Assembly: GCA_038131935.1 (NCBI GenBank)
Contig: JAYPQH010000030.1
Coordinates: forward strand, 44,067 to 108,066
Direction of reading: 5' to 3'
DNA length: 64,000 nucleotides
Source: Alphaproteobacteria bacterium
GTDB lineage: Bacteria; Pseudomonadota; Alphaproteobacteria; UBA8317
Position 1 is the stretch's first letter; each line of letters opens with the position of its first letter. This document shows, in pieces, positions 54,678 to 64,000 of the stretch. The notes under the pieces are model-generated. The model did not search any database. It was not told where the DNA came from and saw nothing but the letters and a program-made list of their open reading frames with translations. Made by a program: the position numbers and the translations under genes.

Positions 54678-56370
54678 TTAGTTGCGGGTCTCCAAGATCC
54701 GTCGCGCCACCACGGTTGCTTGGATTTCAGCGGCACCTTCAAAAATATTAAGGATGCGTGCGTCGCACAAAACCCGCGAGATTGGATATTCAAGAGCAAA
54801 GCCATTACCACCATGTATTTGTAATCCATTATCTGCACAGGCCCAAGCGACCCGAGCAGCAAGTAATTTTGCCATGCCTGCCTCAAGGTCGCAACGGCGT
54901 CCTGCATCTTTTTCCCGCGCAGAAAAATAAGTGATTTGTCTTGCAACCATGGTTTCTACAGCCATCATTGCAATCTTTGACCAAATCCGTGGGAACGCCT
55001 GCAGTTTGCTGCCGAATTGCGTGCGCTCTTCGGCATAGCGTAAGGAGAGATCCATGGCGCACTGCGCCACGCCTACCGCGCGTGCAGCTGTTTGAATGCG
55101 TGCGCCTTCAAATGTTGCCATGAGTTGTTTGAAGCCTTGGCCTTCTACACCGCCCAGGAGATTTTCTTCTGCCACATGAAAATTGTCGAACGACAGTTCA
55201 TATTCTTTCATGCCACGATAGCCCAACACATGGATTTCTCCACCCGTCATACCTTCAGCTGGAAAGGGGTTTGCACAATCACCGCGGGGTTTTTCTCCCA
55301 TCAACATTGAAAGTCCACGGTACCCTTGTTCGTCAGGATTGGTGCGTACCAGCATCGTCATCATGTCTGTGCGTGCCGCATGGGTAATCCATGTCTTGTT
55401 GCCAAAGACTGCATAACCACCATCAACTTTTTCAGCGCGGGTTTTTAATGAGGCGAGGTCAGAACCCGTATTGGGTTCAGTAAACACAGCTGTGGGGAGG
55501 ATTTCGCCTGATGCCAATTTGGGCAACCAGCGTTGTTTCTGCTCTTCTGTTCCACCACAAAGGATCAATTCACCAGCAATTTCTGTACGGGTGCCCAAAG
55601 AACCAACCCCTGATGTAGCCACGTGAAAGTTCTTCTGAAACAACACACATCGACATCTTGGACAAACCAAGACCACCATATTCTTCAGGTATCGTCAGGC
55701 CAAAAACCCCCAATTCTGATAACTCATCAATAACTTCGATAGGGATCAGTTCATCCTTGAGGTGCCATTCATGAGCATAGGGAGCAACTTTGTCATCAAC
55801 AAAACGCTGCATTTGGGTGCGGAACATTTCCATGTCCTCATCAAGCCCAGAGCAACCAAAGATTGAAGCTTGTGGGTTTTCGAGGATCAATTCGGCAATT
55901 CGTTGCCTTGTTTGTGTGCTGTTGCCCCGTTGTGCCAACAGATGGGCAGCTCCTTGTTGAAGGTCGGCAACGTCAGCCTCTGTCAACAACATATCGACTG
56001 GGCGTACGATCTCCATTTGCGACATGGGAATACCATGGGCGATATGGTTGATGTATTCTCCAAAAGCAGCCTGGGTCAAAAGCTGTTCCAATTCGCCCAA
56101 AAGGCCGTCTTGCTGCAGGTTTCGGGCCCATCTGTCGACCTGTCTCAGCGCTTCCACATAGGTGCCCAACCAAGCAAGCCCATGTGCGGCATACTGTTCC
56201 TGGGCAAATTTCTTGCCTGAAATCTTGTCTCCATCGGCGACAGCCTCTCTGATTACCTGTTTGGCCCGATTTAAATAGTGATCAAGCTGGATCATTGCTT
56301 GTCCAGTGGTGGTCAAAAGATCTGGTAATGTGCTGACGGAAAAATTGGTTTCAGGCTGCATTAAGGTCAT
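54678..56370 (-). CDS. mcd: long acyl-CoA dehydrogenase with ~170-aa N-terminal extension, consistent with (2S)-methylsuccinyl-CoA dehydrogenase; frame break near 55612
   Basis: ACAD domains ([25 protein letters not shown]..) in the C-frame; N-frame carries the extension and ACAD start ([10 protein letters not shown]); removing one A at ..ATCAGGGGTTGG restores ..[18 protein letters not shown]. Confidence 0.65.
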
Positions 56371-56519
56371 AAAAACATCCTCGCATGAAGGTTTACGTCT
56401 GTTGATGGGCCGCCATGTGCATGTCCATAAGCGGCATTTTGGGTCATTTTAAAAATATCGGTTTGGCAGGCATTCCATCATTTAGGTGGAGTACCTGTCA
56501 AAGCATCTCTTACAAAATC

Positions 56520-57812
56520 CTAACGCAGCGCGTCAAAAGCTTCTATGGCGGCCTCCACCGTGCGTAATCCTGGTCTACATGAAGACACCAACACAGCCAT
56601 GTTCCCTGGTTTATGTTCATTGTTCAGCATTTTTTCATGAGCCAGTGGAATTTCTTCAAAGCCAAAAACTTCAGACATGCAAGGATCAATCCGACGCTCA
56701 ATCACCAATTTGTTGGCGGCAGACGCTTGCATAAGGTTTGCAAAATGCGACCCTTGAATACGCTTTTGACGCATCCAGACAAAACGTGCATCGAAGGTCA
56801 AATTAAACCCTGTGGTTCCGGCGCAAAAGACCACCATACCGCCACGTTTCGCAACAAAACAGGATACAGGGAATGTTGACTCGCCGGGATGTTCGAAAAC
56901 CATGTCCACGTCTTGGCCTTTTCCTGTGAAGGCCCAAATGGCTTTACCAAATCGCCTGACTTCTTTCATGTAATTCGAAAATTCTGGGCCATTCACTGTA
57001 GGCAGTTGTCCCCAGCAGTTAAAATCTTTTCGATTGATGACCCCTTTTGCGCCCAAGCTCATCACGAAGTCACGTTTGCTTTCATCCGAAATAACACCAA
57101 TCGCATGCGCACCAGCTGCATGGGCCAATTGAATGGCGAAAGAGCCCAAGCCACCAGATGCGCCCCAAACCAATACATGTTGACCAGGTTGGATAACGTG
57201 AGGTGCATGCCCAAATAACATCCGGTAAGCGGTTGCTAAGGTGAGGGTATAGCAGGCACTTTCTTCCCAGGTCAGGTGGCGCGGTCTTGGCATAAGTTGT
57301 TGCGATTGAACGGCGGTGAATTGTGCAAAAGAACCATCAGGGGTTTCATACCCCCAGATCGGTTGCGATGGTGAAAACATTGGATCACCACCATTACATT
57401 CCTCATCATCCCCATCATCCTGGTTGCAATGAACAACCACTTCATCGCCGACTTTCCATCTCGTGACCTTGTCCCCGACCTTCCAAACGATTCCAGATGC
57501 ATCAGATCCAGCGATATGGAAGGGTGCCTTGTGCACATCAAATGGTGAAATAGGCTGCCCCAAGCCTGCCCATATGCCATTATAGTTAACGCCCGCGGCC
57601 ATCACCAAAACAAGAACTTCATGTGAATCCACCTCTGGGGTATCCACAACCTCTAGCTGAAATGACTCCTGAGGGCGACCATGCCTCTCTCGTCTTATGG
57701 CCCAAGCATACATTGACTTTGGGACATGTCCTAGCGGGGGAATATCACCAACTTCGTAGAGGTCGCGATATTCATTGTTTGTATTTTCAAGGACGTCATC
57801 CATCAGTGCCAT
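56520..57812 (-). CDS. ccr: crotonyl-CoA carboxylase/reductase
   Basis: 430 aa MDR-type enoyl reductase with the Ccr-type N-terminus (..EVGDIPPLGHVPKSMYAWAIRRERHG..) and nucleotide-binding VLVWGASGGLGSFAIQLA. Confidence 0.8.
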   Translation of the reverse strand: MALMDDVLENTNNEYRDLYEVGDIPPLGHVPKSMYAWAIRRERHGRPQESFQLEVVDTPEVDSHEVLVLVMAAGVNYNGIWAGLGQPISPFDVHKAPFHIAGSDASGIVWKVGDKVTRWKVGDEVVVHCNQDDGDDEECNGGDPMFSPSQPIWGYETPDGSFAQFTAVQSQQLMPRPRHLTWEESACYTLTLATAYRMLFGHAPHVIQPGQHVLVWGASGGLGSFAIQLAHAAGAHAIGVISDESKRDFVMSLGAKGVINRKDFNCWGQLPTVNGPEFSNYMKEVRRFGKAIWAFTGKGQDVDMVFEHPGESTFPVSCFVAKRGGMVVFCAGTTGFNLTFDARFVWMRQKRIQGSHFANLMQASAANKLVIERRIDPCMSEVFGFEEIPLAHEKMLNNEHKPGNMAVLVSSCRPGLRTVEAAIEAFDALR

Positions 57813-57974
57813 GATTTTTCTCCATTTTGCTGCGTTTGCGAAAAGCCACTTCGCTTTCTTGGTTGATCAATTAGTTTTGATTTATCATTTCGTCAATAAT
57901 AATTTTTATGAAATTTTATTATAAAAATTACTACTATACTTTATAAGTATTGCGTGTGGAAAAAAAATAGCTTG

Positions 57975-58002
57975 TGCTATGCAGCATTTTTGTTGCATAG
58001 CA
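57975..58002. promoter_or_regulatory. perfect 9-bp inverted repeat TGCTATGCA-N10-TGCATAGCA in the ccr/ecm divergent intergenic region
   Basis: Read directly from the sequence; sits beside a >70% AT tract (57890-57960); typical geometry for a dimeric HTH operator. Confidence 0.4.
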
Positions 58003-58102
58003 TGAGGCAGAAGATCGCATGGTGTGCAAAAAGGTTTGGTTTTTTGTGAACGCTTGGGCGGTTTTTCATTTTTGGTCATGATGGTTCGTTAAAGGAAAGA
58101 GA

Positions 58103-60090
58103 ATGGGTGGAGAAAAAGCAGTCGGGCGCACGCCCTTGGATTATGAGAACCTATGCAGGGCATTCTACTGCAGCGGAATCAAACGCGCTTTACCGAACCA
58201 ATCTTGCCTAAAGGACAAACTGGGCTTTCCATTGCGTTCGATTTGCCAACACAAACAGGATATGATGCAGATCACGTTCTGGCACGTGGAGAGGTCGGCA
58301 AGGTAGGGGTGCCCATATCTCATATCGGTGATATGCGGGCTTTGTTTGACCAAATACCATTGGATCAAATGAATACGTCTATGACCATTAATGCCACGGC
58401 GGCCTGGTTGCTTGCGCTTTATATTGCGGTGGCAGAAGAGCAAGGCGTGCCACGAAGTGCCCTTCAAGGGACAACGCAAAACGACATTATTAAAGAATAT
58501 TTGTCACGTGGAACCTATGTGTTCCACCACAGCCCAGTTTGCGGCTGATCAATGATATGATTGCCTTCACCTATCAAGAAGTTCCCAAATGGAACCCCAT
58601 GAATGTATGTTCCTATCATTTGCAAGAAGCAGGCGCGACGCCAGTTCAAGAACTTGCTTTTGCCCTAGCAACCGCCATAGCTGTGCTTGATAAGGTGCGC
58701 GCAGATGGCCAGGTTCCAGAGGCAGATTTCCCAAAAGTGGTAGGCCGGATTTCATTTTTTGTGAATGCAGGAATCCAATTTATCACAGAAATTTGTAAAA
58801 TGCGCGCTTTCACCGAGCTCTGGGATGAGATTTGTCGTGAGCGTTATGGCGTTGAGGAAGAGAAATACAGGCGCTTTCGTTATGGTGTGCAGGTAAATTC
58901 TTTAGGCCTTACAGAGCAACAGCCTGAAAACAATGTGTACCGTATCCTATTGGAAATGTTGGCGGTAACCTTATCAAAGAACGCGCGTGCCCGCGCTGTT
59001 CAATTGCCTGCATGGAATGAAGCTTTGGGGCTTCCCAGGCCCTGGGATCAACAATGGTCTTTGCGCCTCCAGCAAGTTGTCGCTTATGAAACGGATCTAT
59101 TGCAATATGGTGATATTTTCGATGGCAGCCATGTTATCGAGGAAAAGGTGGCTGAGTTAAAGCAAGCAGCTCGTGAAGAATTGGCACAGATAGACGCCAT
59201 GGGGGGGCCATGGCTGCGGTCGAAAATGCTTACATGAAACAACAACTTGTTCGGTCTAATGCAGCACGCGTAGCTGCGATAGAAAGTGGTGAGCAAGTGG
59301 TTGTTGGGGTCAATAAATTCCTAAGCTCTGAGCCATCACCGTTGACCACAGGTGACGGAGGAATCCTGACCGTTGATCCCGCAGTTGAGGAAGAACAAAA
59401 ACATTCCCTAGATCACTGGCGTCAGCATCGTGACGCTCAGGCTGTGCAAGAAGCTTTGCGCCAACTTGAGTCAGATGCACGCGCGGGGCGAAATATTATG
59501 CCAGCGTCTATTCAAGCAGCCAAAGCAGGCGTGACCACAGGAGAGTGGGGCCAAATGATGCGGGATATTTTTGGGAATATCGTGCGCCCACAGGTGTTGG
59601 AACGCATGTTGCGGCCTCAGAAGATGGTGACCTTACCCATTTGCAAAAACGTGCCGATGCTCTTGCGGATAAAATGGGCCGACGTGTGAAGTTTTTGGTT
59701 GGAAAGCCAGGGCTTGATGGACATTCTAATGGCGCTGAGCAAATTGCCGTGCGGGCGCGTGATTGTGGTATGGAGGTTGTCTATGAAGGCATTCGTCTTA
59801 CCCCTGCGCAGATTGTCAATGCAGCTGTCGAGGAAGCGGTTCATGTGGTAGGGCTGTCGATATTGTCAGGGTCACATATGTCATTGGTGCGTGATATCAT
59901 GGATCGGATGGCTGATGCAGGCCTTGATGATGTCATTCTTATTGTTGGTGGTATCATCCCAGAAGATGATGCCGCGCAAATGCGCGAATGGGGTGTGTCA
60001 GGTGTCTACACGCCTAAAGATTTTCGTTTAAACGACATCATGCATGATATTTTCACATTGCTCGAAGGTGATGTCGAGGAAGCTGCGTGA
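58103..60090 (+). CDS. ecm: coenzyme-B12-dependent acyl-CoA mutase, probable ethylmalonyl-CoA mutase (given ccr adjacency); at least four frame breaks
   Basis: Mutase motifs across five frames: [34 protein letters not shown], and C-terminal B12-binding domain with LDGHSNG (DxHxxG); one break maps to an extra T at ..CTTGCC(T)AAAGGA.. Confidence 0.7.
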
Positions 60091-60161
60091 TGAGCTTGGC
60101 AAGAGCCTTAATCCTTCTATAAGAACAGTAACTTGGGCGACCAGTGATAGGGGTATAAGGC

Positions 60162-60368
60162 ATGAGTTCAGCATTATATATTTTGATTCCTCTCATGGTA
60201 GCGGTGACCGCTATTATTGTTGCTGTGGGAATTGTGAGTTACTTCCAAGGTGGGCGTTTTCACGCGAATTGGTCCAACAAATTGATGCGCATGCGTATCG
60301 TGGCACAAGCTGTCGCGGTTGTCTTGATCATGGCACTTATTTGGATCAATGGCACACCACCTGTGTGA
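60162..60368 (+). CDS. possible small two-TM membrane protein (68 aa)
   Basis: Two clean hydrophobic helices with a basic loop (..YFQGGRFHANWSNKLMRMR..); weak RBS; convergent with gluQ. Confidence 0.3.
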   Translation: MSSALYILIPLMVAVTAIIVAVGIVSYFQGGRFHANWSNKLMRMRIVAQAVAVVLIMALIWINGTPPV

Positions 60369-60373
60369 AAATA

Positions 60374-61267
60374 TTATAGGGCTTTGACGCGGTCCATCAT
60401 TGGTTTTGTCTTTTCCATCAATGCTGTTATGGGGCGCCAGATATCGGTTGTTGATTGCTGCTTTGCGATGATATCTTGTAGTGCTTGTGCCTGATGGCGC
60501 TTAGCTAGTCTCTGCGCGTTTTGATCCCGTACCAAGGCGTGATGGAAATAGTGTGGTGTGGGTAATTGAAGCAATTTTTGTAACAAGACTTGAATGGGGG
60601 TTGTGAGAAAGAGGTCCTGTCCTCTGCTCACCAGGGAAATATTTTGAGCTGCATCGCAGAGGATCACCGCAAGGTGATAGCTTATACCGATATCTTTGCG
60701 GGCCAATATCACGTCTCCCAGCGTTCTCTGCATGGTTGTGCGGCTGATTTGAATGTGACCAGATGGGCCTACAGTTGGTGTCCCCCATTCATAAAAATCC
60801 AGATGTTCGTAGTTCATCATGGCCTTGTTTATGTCCAAACGCCAAGCAGGGGTTTTGCCTGCGGCGCGTAGGTCCTCAACTTGGCTTGCATGAAGATGAC
60901 GACATGTCCCTGGGTAAACCGATTGTGCTGGATCTCCTTCTTGAGGTGCTTGAACGGCGGACAAAATATCTTTGCGTGAACAAAAACAAGGATAAAGAAG
61001 CCCAAGCTTTTTTAATTGCTCCAGTCCCCATTGTTGCAGAAAATGGTGTTGAGATTGAATGCGGTAAGGCTTGCCGCTATCCAAGTGAAGCAATTTTAGA
61101 TCATGTTCGATCGCGGTGTAGAATTCTGGACGTGCGCGGGTCTGGTCAATATCTTCAATTCTAACATGATAATGTCCATCGTCAGCCAAATACTGAGCAA
61201 CCCATGCAGAGAACAAATGTCCAAGATGCAGCAGCCCTGTTGGGCTTGGTGCAAACCGTGTAATCAT
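60374..61267 (-). CDS. gluQ: glutamyl-Q tRNA(Asp) synthetase
   Basis: Start MITRFAPSPTGLLHLGH (HIGH motif); truncated GluRS catalytic domain only (~297 aa). Confidence 0.8.
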   Translation of the reverse strand: MITRFAPSPTGLLHLGHLFSAWVAQYLADDGHYHVRIEDIDQTRARPEFYTAIEHDLKLLHLDSGKPYRIQSQHHFLQQWGLEQLKKLGLLYPCFCSRKDILSAVQAPQEGDPAQSVYPGTCRHLHASQVEDLRAAGKTPAWRLDINKAMMNYEHLDFYEWGTPTVGPSGHIQISRTTMQRTLGDVILARKDIGISYHLAVILCDAAQNISLVSRGQDLFLTTPIQVLLQKLLQLPTPHYFHHALVRDQNAQRLAKRHQAQALQDIIAKQQSTTDIWRPITALMEKTKPMMDRVKAL

Positions 61268-61312
61268 AGGTTGAGGTGGCGTAATATCGTCCTTGGGCAT
61301 GAAGAGAGAATA

Positions 61313-61978
61313 ATGGATAGTGAGCATATCAAGCAAGAACAAGCACTCATGATATCGCAGGAAGATTTTATGCGTGAAGTGGATCTATTATGCGCGTTGG
61401 AGCCAAGGTTTCGTGCGGTGCCGGATCAATGGGGGATCCCTCCTATTAGGTTAAGGCCGAAGGGGCCTGAAGCATTGGTGCGCATTATATGTGCACAACA
61501 ACTCTCGAAAAGTTCAGCGGAGGCCATCTCAAAACGTGTGTTGGCAAAATGGCCTGAGCTTTCCCTTGCCATCATCGCGCAGGATCCTGAAACCTCTTTG
61601 GATGGTCTTGGGTTATCCCGGGCAAAGAAATTGGCACTCGGTGACTTGGCAAAGCATATCCTAGACGATCAATTAATGCTGGAGCAGTTGGTGTTTTGGC
61701 CTGTGGATAAAGCCATTGCGCATCTAACAAAGATAAGAGGAATAGGGCCTTGGTCTGCCCAGCTTTATCTTATGTTTTCCTTAAACCATTCTGATATTTT
61801 TGCCCCAGGTGATTTGGCGCTACAGCGAGGGGCTGATCATTTGTTTGGTTGGTCGACCCCATGTAATGAGGTCTCTCTTGCGGAAATTGCAAAAAGTTGG
61901 GCGCCGCATCGATCAGCGGCTGCCCATCTTTTGTGGCACCATTATGGCCATGCTGTCAGGCCGACGTCTAAGAATTAG
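61313..61978 (+). CDS. HhH-GPD-family DNA-3-methyladenine glycosylase II (AlkA-like)
   Basis: Internal start MDSEHIKQ..; HhH-GPD motif ..LTKIRGIGPWSAQLYLMFSL.. with catalytic Asp region (APGDLAL). Confidence 0.7.
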   Translation: MDSEHIKQEQALMISQEDFMREVDLLCALEPRFRAVPDQWGIPPIRLRPKGPEALVRIICAQQLSKSSAEAISKRVLAKWPELSLAIIAQDPETSLDGLGLSRAKKLALGDLAKHILDDQLMLEQLVFWPVDKAIAHLTKIRGIGPWSAQLYLMFSLNHSDIFAPGDLALQRGADHLFGWSTPCNEVSLAEIAKSWAPHRSAAAHLLWHHYGHAVRPTSKN

Positions 61979-63722
61979 GTTTTTTCGCCTTGTTCCCAAT
62001 ATGTAATTCTATGGGGACGCCCATCCTCTTCATAATCAACGCTTGCTGCAATATTGAGAGTAGGTTGTTGAATGTCCAGTAAATCACCAAGCCCGCCGCG
62101 AATGTTCCAAGCATGAATGTGAACACAACCGGCAAGAAAGCAAAAATTTGTGCTTGTGTGGGGTCGGTGGGGGGTGGGTTAAGTTTTTGCTGCACAAACA
62201 TCGTCATTCCCATAAGGACAGGCCAAATGCCAATCATGAGAAAACCTGGGACGTCATATGGTAGAAGACCAAATAGGTTAAACAAAGTTGTGGGGTCTGG
62301 CGCAGACAAATCTTCGATCCAGCCAAAAAATGGTGCATGACGCATTTCAATGGTGGTGAACAAAACCTTATAAAGAGAAAAAAACACAGGTATTTGTATC
62401 AGCATTGGCAAACAGCCAGAGACCGGGTTTACCTTCTCGCGCTTATATAACTCCATGGTCTCTTGTTGGAGTTTTTGTTTGTCATCTTTGTGGCGCTCAC
62501 GGATCTTCATCATTTCTGGTGTGAGTGCTTTCATTCGCGACATGGCTTTGTAGGATGTGTTGGCCAACGGAAAGAAAATGATTTTCACCAGAACAGTCAG
62601 TAGAATAATAGCAACACCAAAGTTACCTACCAGCTTGTTGAGGAAATCCAACACGATAAACATAGGTTTGGTCAAAAAGAAGAACCAACCCCAATCAATG
62701 GAAAGATCAAATCGTGAAACGCCCGCATCTGCATAGCCATCAATAAATTCCACAACTTTGGCACCTGCAAAAAGCCTGTGTTTGTATTGAGCTTTCTCAC
62801 CGGACCCAAGTTGAACCTCTTGAGCGGTATATTCTGCTTGATAGGTTTGAACAGCTGCTTTTCTATCTGCCCGCATTTGCATTCTTACAGGCACAGTTTG
62901 ATCTGGTATCAGCGTGGCCATGAAATATTTATCAGTGATGCCAACCCATCCACCCGTAGAGGTGAAACTTTGATCACCGTCATCATAAACACTATCGTAA
63001 GATACCTCCTGTAAAGTATCTTGGCTCACGCCAATAAAGCCCTCATGGGCAATGTAGAAATTTTCTAATTTGGGGAGTCCAACCCGGCGCAATAATCCAT
63101 AAGGTGCCAGCGTCATGACGGCATCTGATTGGTTGATGATCTCATCCTCTAGGGTGATCATATAACTTTCATCAGTAGAAATGGTCCGGTTCACGGTGAT
63201 CCCGTCTGGCCCAGACCAAGTTAACGTAAGGGGGCATTCTGGGGATAGGTCCGGGCAGGTGGAGGTTTTGGTCCATATAGACTGAGAATCAGGTAAGGTC
63301 GCTTTTCCCGCTGATAGGCTCCAACCAAAACGCGCAAAGAAGGGTAGCTCTGAGCCTTTTGGAGACAACAGCACGATATCATCTGAATTCTGATCAAGTT
63401 CTTGCCTGTATTGGGTCAGAACAATGTTATCTATGGCCGATCCCTTTACAGCAATGGAACCTTGGACGAGAGGGCTGCGTAGGTTGATCCGCTCGGATTG
63501 CTTCAAAATATCTTCACGTGACAACTTTATCTGGGCTTGCGTTTCCAAGGCACTTCCTGTGTCTAGTGGAGCAACATTGTCCAATTCTGTTGATGGTGAC
63601 TGTGTAACAGCCTCAGAAGGAGCCGGCGCAGGTGGTTGAGGTGGTGGGAAAAGCATTTGCCATCCAATCAACACAACGGCTGAAAGAACAACGGCGATGG
63701 CAAGATTTTTGTTGTCACTCAT
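61968..63722 (-). CDS. yidC: membrane protein insertase YidC
   Basis: Start MSDNKNLAIAVVLSAVVLIGW (TM1); large periplasmic domain; conserved C-terminal 60-kDa-IMP region (..GCLPMLIQIPVFFSLYKVL..) and basic tail. Confidence 0.9.
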   Translation of the reverse strand: MSDNKNLAIAVVLSAVVLIGWQMLFPPPQPPAPAPSEAVTQSPSTELDNVAPLDTGSALETQAQIKLSREDILKQSERINLRSPLVQGSIAVKGSAIDNIVLTQYRQELDQNSDDIVLLSPKGSELPFFARFGWSLSAGKATLPDSQSIWTKTSTCPDLSPECPLTLTWSGPDGITVNRTISTDESYMITLEDEIINQSDAVMTLAPYGLLRRVGLPKLENFYIAHEGFIGVSQDTLQEVSYDSVYDDGDQSFTSTGGWVGITDKYFMATLIPDQTVPVRMQMRADRKAAVQTYQAEYTAQEVQLGSGEKAQYKHRLFAGAKVVEFIDGYADAGVSRFDLSIDWGWFFFLTKPMFIVLDFLNKLVGNFGVAIILLTVLVKIIFFPLANTSYKAMSRMKALTPEMMKIRERHKDDKQKLQQETMELYKREKVNPVSGCLPMLIQIPVFFSLYKVLFTTIEMRHAPFFGWIEDLSAPDPTTLFNLFGLLPYDVPGFLMIGIWPVLMGMTMFVQQKLNPPPTDPTQAQIFAFLPVVFTFMLGTFAAGLVIYWTFNNLLSILQQALIMKRMGVPIELHIGNKAKKPNS

Positions 63723-63996
63723 ATCGTGAAGACTCACTTGTTTGTTTTTGAATAGATGCAGACCTACTAGCCGTCGGAGCCGTAGGGCCGCAAGGGGGTG
63801 GTACAGGGTCAAAGGTCCAAGATTTTGTTCGGCCAAAGGGATGGCAACGCATAAGCCGCCTGCATGTAAGCAAAATGCCACGCCATGGGCCATGATATTC
63901 GAGTGCCTCTAGGGCATAAACTGAACATGTCGGTTGAAATCTACAACGGTTACCAATGAGCGCAGAAAACGTATACCGATAGGCATAAATCAGCAT
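63715..63996 (-). CDS. yidD: membrane protein insertion efficiency factor YidD
   Basis: YidD signature YRYTFSALIGNRCRFQPTCSVYALEAL; overlaps the yidC start by 8 nt. Confidence 0.75.
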   Translation of the reverse strand: MLIYAYRYTFSALIGNRCRFQPTCSVYALEALEYHGPWRGILLTCRRLMRCHPFGRTKSWTFDPVPPPCGPTAPTASRSASIQKQTSESSRYE

Positions 63997-64000
63997 CTTC

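Noticed and set aside
57813-58102. AT-rich ccr/ecm spacer as a genomic-island boundary
   Set aside because: There are no flanking direct repeats, tRNA or integrase, and the adjacent genes have native-looking composition. It is treated as a regulatory region instead.
58103-60090. Calling ecm and SulP true pseudogenes
   Set aside because: Frame breaks are pervasive and hit essential genes too, so assembly error is the more parsimonious explanation. They are annotated as CDS with noted disruptions.
1-64000. CRISPR arrays, tRNA genes, IS elements, integrases, phage genes
   Set aside because: No direct-repeat/spacer periodicity, no tRNA-like cloverleaf anchors (T-loop GGTTCGAATCC-type hits were absent or in coding context), and no ORF with transposase or integrase motifs.

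Overview
This 64 kb window is a core-chromosome segment of an alphaproteobacterium (about 48-50% GC by eye), with no obvious mobile elements, phage genes, CRISPR arrays or tRNAs. The guess of a marine Rhodospirillales/SAR116-like genome rests only on gene content and synteny and is low confidence.

Content from 5' to 3':
- a UspA-family protein and a disrupted SulP/STAS anion permease, followed by an MDR oxidoreductase, a DUF1445 hydro-lyase-like gene and cysQ
- a solitary flgE-like hook gene
- a small SCP2 / alpha-beta hydrolase / HDAC-like / AhpD-CMD cluster
- a livFGMHK-type branched-chain amino-acid ABC operon
- a secreted FGE (SUMF1)-domain protein and a crotonase
- flavocytochrome c sulfide dehydrogenase (fccAB)
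- gpmI, fpr and an EamA transporter
- a second HAAT-family ABC transporter (two ATPases, two permeases, a Tat-signal binding protein)
- an SSS-domain hybrid sensor kinase with a LuxR-type response regulator (CrbS/CrbR-like)
- an M17 aminopeptidase and an SH3b-NlpC/P60 endopeptidase next to a yejABEF-type peptide importer
- cycM, rppH, kdsB and pheA
- an unannotated SRP RNA (ffs) directly upstream of dnaX, then ybaB-recR and def-fmt-truA
- ctpA, dapE-dapD, a HAD hydrolase, argB and engB
- an ethylmalonyl-CoA pathway block (mcd, ccr divergent from ecm), then gluQ and an AlkA-like glycosylase
- yidC-yidD

The most striking global feature is that at least 12 otherwise conserved genes are broken by frameshifts. 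Several of the breaks sit at short G homopolymers, including one in the essential dnaX P-loop. This points to indel sequencing errors in the assembly (or, less likely, recent gene decay). I found no single clearly novel system.

The best leads are:
- a putative peptidoglycan-peptide recycling neighbourhood (YejABEF with the endopeptidase and aminopeptidase)
- the ethylmalonyl-CoA/gluQ/alkA block inserted into the conserved yidC-engB-argB locus
- the ccr/ecm divergent control region with a perfect palindrome
- an orphan plus-strand intrinsic terminator (possible small RNA or leader) upstream of gpmI
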